This document shows, piece after piece, positions 52,904 through 55,128 of a stretch of DNA of 55,128 nucleotides (the stretch's first letter is position 1; each line of letters begins with the position of its first letter). The DNA is from Candidatus Omnitrophota bacterium (GTDB taxonomy: Bacteria > Omnitrophota > Gorgyraeia > Gygaellales > Profunditerraquicolaceae). The notes below the pieces were generated by a model that was not told the origin of the DNA, did no database searches, and saw nothing but the letters and a program-made list of their open reading frames with translations. A program made the position numbers and the translations under genes. Where the stretch lies: NCBI GenBank assembly GCA_043812955.1, contig JBDRLN010000072.1, positions 1 through 55,128 on the forward strand. Reading direction: 5' to 3'.

Positions 52904-54073
52904 ATGGACATTAAACACCAATTAGAAATAATCAAGCGCGGCGCAGTCGAAATATTCTCCGAAGAAGAGCTGGTCCGCAAACTAGAACAGGCTAAAAAAG
53001 AAAACCGGCCGCTTAGGATAAAGGCTGGTTTTGACCCTACGGCCCCGGATATCCATTTGGGCCATACCGTGCTTTTAAGGAAGCTGCGCCAGTTCCAGGA
53101 TCTGGGGCATGAGGTTTATTTTCTGATCGGTGATTTTACCGGACAGATCGGAGATCCTACCGGTAAGTCGGAAATCCGTAAACAGCTGACCAAGGAGGAA
53201 GTAGCTAAGAACGCCCAAACCTATAAAGAGCAGGCGGCCAAAATCCTGGATATCTCTAAATTAAAGATTGTTTTTAACAGTGACTGGTTTGAGAAGATGC
53301 CAGGGCTTGAATTCAGCCGGCTGCTTACTCATTATTCGGCGACCCGCCTTATGGAAAGAGATGATTTTACTCAAAGAAGGAATAGCGGCAAGCCAATATT
53401 TGTATCGGAGTTTATTTATCCTATCCTGCAAGGATATGATTCAGTAGTTTTAAAAGCCGATGTTGAATTAGGCGGGACTGATCAGATATTCAATCTTTTA
53501 GTAGGCCGGGACCTGCAGAAAGATTTTCACCAGGAGCCCCAGGTGGTCCTGACCATGCCTTTATTGGAAGGCACAGACGGCGTTAATAAGATGAGTAAAT
53601 CTTTGGGTAATTATATATCCATTAATGATACTGCCGAAGATATGTTCGGTAAAATAATGTCCATATCCGACGAGCTGATGCTTAAGTATTTTATTCTGCT
53701 TACTGATGAAGATCCGGAACCGCTAAGAAGGATACATCCTAAAGAGGCTAAGGTAAAATTAGCTAAAATAATTATTACTCAATATTATAGCGTCGATGCT
53801 GCGGAAAAAGCAGAAGAGGGTTTCCAGCGGGTATTCGCTTCCAAGGAAACTCCGGAAGATATGCCGGTATTTAAATTAAACCGGCCTTTTGCGGTGGTCG
53901 ACTTGATAGTAGATAGCGGATTGGCAAAAAGTAAAAATGAAGCCCGCCGGCTTATTAACCACGGCGCGGTAGATTTTAACGGCAATAGGATTTCTGACGA
54001 CAAGTTTATGATTGATGTTTCAGGCGTGCTCAAAGTCGGCAGCCGCCGCTTTCTAAAGATTGAAAAGGTTTAA
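52904..54073 (+). CDS. tyrS: tyrosyl-tRNA synthetase
   Basis: HIGH-type HLGH, KMSKS, and a C-terminal S4-like domain. Confidence 0.95.
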   Translation: MDIKHQLEIIKRGAVEIFSEEELVRKLEQAKKENRPLRIKAGFDPTAPDIHLGHTVLLRKLRQFQDLGHEVYFLIGDFTGQIGDPTGKSEIRKQLTKEEVAKNAQTYKEQAAKILDISKLKIVFNSDWFEKMPGLEFSRLLTHYSATRLMERDDFTQRRNSGKPIFVSEFIYPILQGYDSVVLKADVELGGTDQIFNLLVGRDLQKDFHQEPQVVLTMPLLEGTDGVNKMSKSLGNYISINDTAEDMFGKIMSISDELMLKYFILLTDEDPEPLRRIHPKEAKVKLAKIIITQYYSVDAAEKAEEGFQRVFASKETPEDMPVFKLNRPFAVVDLIVDSGLAKSKNEARRLINHGAVDFNGNRISDDKFMIDVSGVLKVGSRRFLKIEKV

Positions 54074-54077
54074 AAAC

Positions 54078-54152
54078 GGGGACGGTTCTCAAGCCAAAGC
54101 TAAAGTGTCCCCTTAAAGGGGACACTTTAAGATTACGCTGAGAACCGTCCCC
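54078..54152. repeat. 75-nt nested-palindrome element, family 2, copy D (inverted orientation)
   Basis: GGGGACGGTTCTCA..TAAAGTGTCCCC-TTAAA-GGGGACACTTTA..TGAGAACCGTCCCC. It starts 4 nt after the tyrS stop and ends 17 nt before the epimerase ATG. Confidence 0.95.
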
Positions 54153-54169
54153 GAATAAATGGAGATATT

Positions 54170-55128
54170 ATGAAATTAGATCGGTACTTAGTTACCGGTG
54201 GCGCCGGTTTTATCGGCTCACATATCGTCGAGAAATTGCTCAATGAAGGCTACTTTGTCCGCGTTTTAGACAATTTTTCCTCTGGCAAACTCTCCAACCT
54301 TAGTTTTGCTAAAAGCGGGGACTGTCCCCGCAGTTCTATTGAGATTATCGAAGGCGATATTCGGAATTATAAAGTCTGCGAAAAAGCCTGTAAGAGAATC
54401 GATTACGTTATTCATCAGGCAGCCTTGCGTTCTGTTCCTAAATCTCTGGTTGATCCTTATTCTTATAACGAGGTTAATATTAACGGGACTTTAAATATGC
54501 TCAAAGCCGCTTATAAGGCTAAGGCAAAGCGTTTTGTTTTTGCGTCTTCCAGTTCAGTTTACGGAAATACGGATAAATTCCCCGAAAAGGAATCCGAATT
54601 GCCGCTATTAATTTCGCCGTACGCCCTGAGCAAATTAGCCGGCGAATATTACTGTCGGATATTTTCCGAAATTTACAATCTGGAAACAGTATCATTAAGG
54701 TATTTTAATGTATTTGGGCCGCGCCAGGCTTTGGATGATGAGTATGCCGTAGTTATCCCGAAATTTATCACTTGTATATTAAATAACCAGAAACCTCCGA
54801 TATTCGGAAACGGTAAGCAATCTCGGGATTTTACCTATGTGGATAATATTGTTCAGGCTAATTTGCTTGCTGCAAGACGGCCTAAGATCAAATGTGAAGT
54901 TTTTAATGTGGCTAACGGTAAGGATAACACTGTTCTGGATCTGGTCAGGTTGATCAATAAAATATTAGGCAAGAAGATTAAGCCGAAAATTTTGCCTAAG
55001 AGGCAGGGAGATGTATTCAAGACCCTGGCTGATATTTCCCGGATCAGTAAAAAATTAGGCTATAAGCCTTCGGTTAGTTTTAAAGAAGGATTACGCAGAA
55101 CAGTAGGGTATTTTAATCTCGGGGACAG
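54170..55128 (+). CDS. NAD-dependent nucleotide-sugar epimerase (WbpP/TviC-like), 3' end beyond window
   Basis: Hand-translated open frame with no stop to the window end: MKLDRYLVTGGAGFIGSHIVE.., the YxxxK motif SPYALSKLAGE, and RYFNVFGPRQ. It is absent from the ORF track because it is open-ended. Confidence 0.85.
   Translation, partial: MKLDRYLVTGGAGFIGSHIVEKLLNEGYFVRVLDNFSSGKLSNLSFAKSGDCPRSSIEIIEGDIRNYKVCEKACKRIDYVIHQAALRSVPKSLVDPYSYNEVNINGTLNMLKAAYKAKAKRFVFASSSSVYGNTDKFPEKESELPLLISPYALSKLAGEYYCRIFSEIYNLETVSLRYFNVFGPRQALDDEYAVVIPKFITCILNNQKPPIFGNGKQSRDFTYVDNIVQANLLAARRPKIKCEVFNVANGKDNTVLDLVRLINKILGKKIKPKILPKRQGDVFKTLADISRISKKLGYKPSVSFKEGLRRTVGYFNLGD

Noticed and set aside
41605-54152. CRISPR array, integron attC sites or plain intrinsic terminators as explanations for the 75-nt repeats
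   Set aside because: The copies are 1.5-7 kb apart, in both orientations, and separated by housekeeping genes, so they are not arrayed with spacers. The termini do not fit the attC R/L core (RYYYAAC/GTTRRRY). No U-tract follows the stem on either strand.
54313-54329. 17-nt perfect palindrome GCGGGGACTGTCCCCGC inside the epimerase CDS, considered as a mini-insertion of the GGGGAC element
   Set aside because: It is in-frame (SGDCPR) and sits in the variable linker between the LDNF..G and GDIR motifs. In homologues I remember (WbpP/TviC), that linker is at least as long. There are no flanking element sequences, so it is probably coincidental or weakly related.

Overview
AT-rich, gene-dense chromosomal segment with about 55 CDS, mostly on the + strand. 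It comes from a diderm bacterium (LptD and an AsmA-like protein are present); the lineage cannot be named from sequence alone. Content is mostly housekeeping: AddAB-like helicase-nuclease, a DEAD-box helicase, glycogen and sugar-phosphate metabolism (glgP, malQ, glk, pgm, tal, rpe), isoprenoid genes (ispH, a polyprenyl synthase, a UbiA-type prenyltransferase), the rplU-obg-proBA-nadD cluster, rpsA, tyrS, hcp, thiol-redox genes, tRNA-Arg, tRNA-His and a tmRNA-like RNA cut by the window start. I found no obvious multi-gene novel system such as a defence island, CRISPR array or secretion system. The unusual signals are mostly non-coding or mobile. (1) Two related families of dispersed palindromic elements share GGGGACGKTTCT termini, and two identical 75-nt copies bracket hcp. 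(2) Two near-identical promoter, leader hairpin and U-tract modules sit upstream of an ArsB/NhaD-type permease and a DedA/YqaA gene, making them candidate riboswitches or attenuators. (3) A 476-aa LAGLIDADG intein is inserted at the catalytic Cys of a nucleotide-sugar dehydrogenase. (4) The tmRNA-like RNA carries a tandemly duplicated 5' module with compensatory helix changes. (5) The DedA/YqaA gene is broken by a T9 homopolymer frameshift, and a second DedA remnant lies elsewhere. (6) A 400-nt structured, GC-rich non-coding gap precedes a ttcA-like gene. (7) A four-helix-bundle (IVS/Avd-like) gene is flanked by inverted repeats. All family names are from motif recognition by eye; no searches were run.
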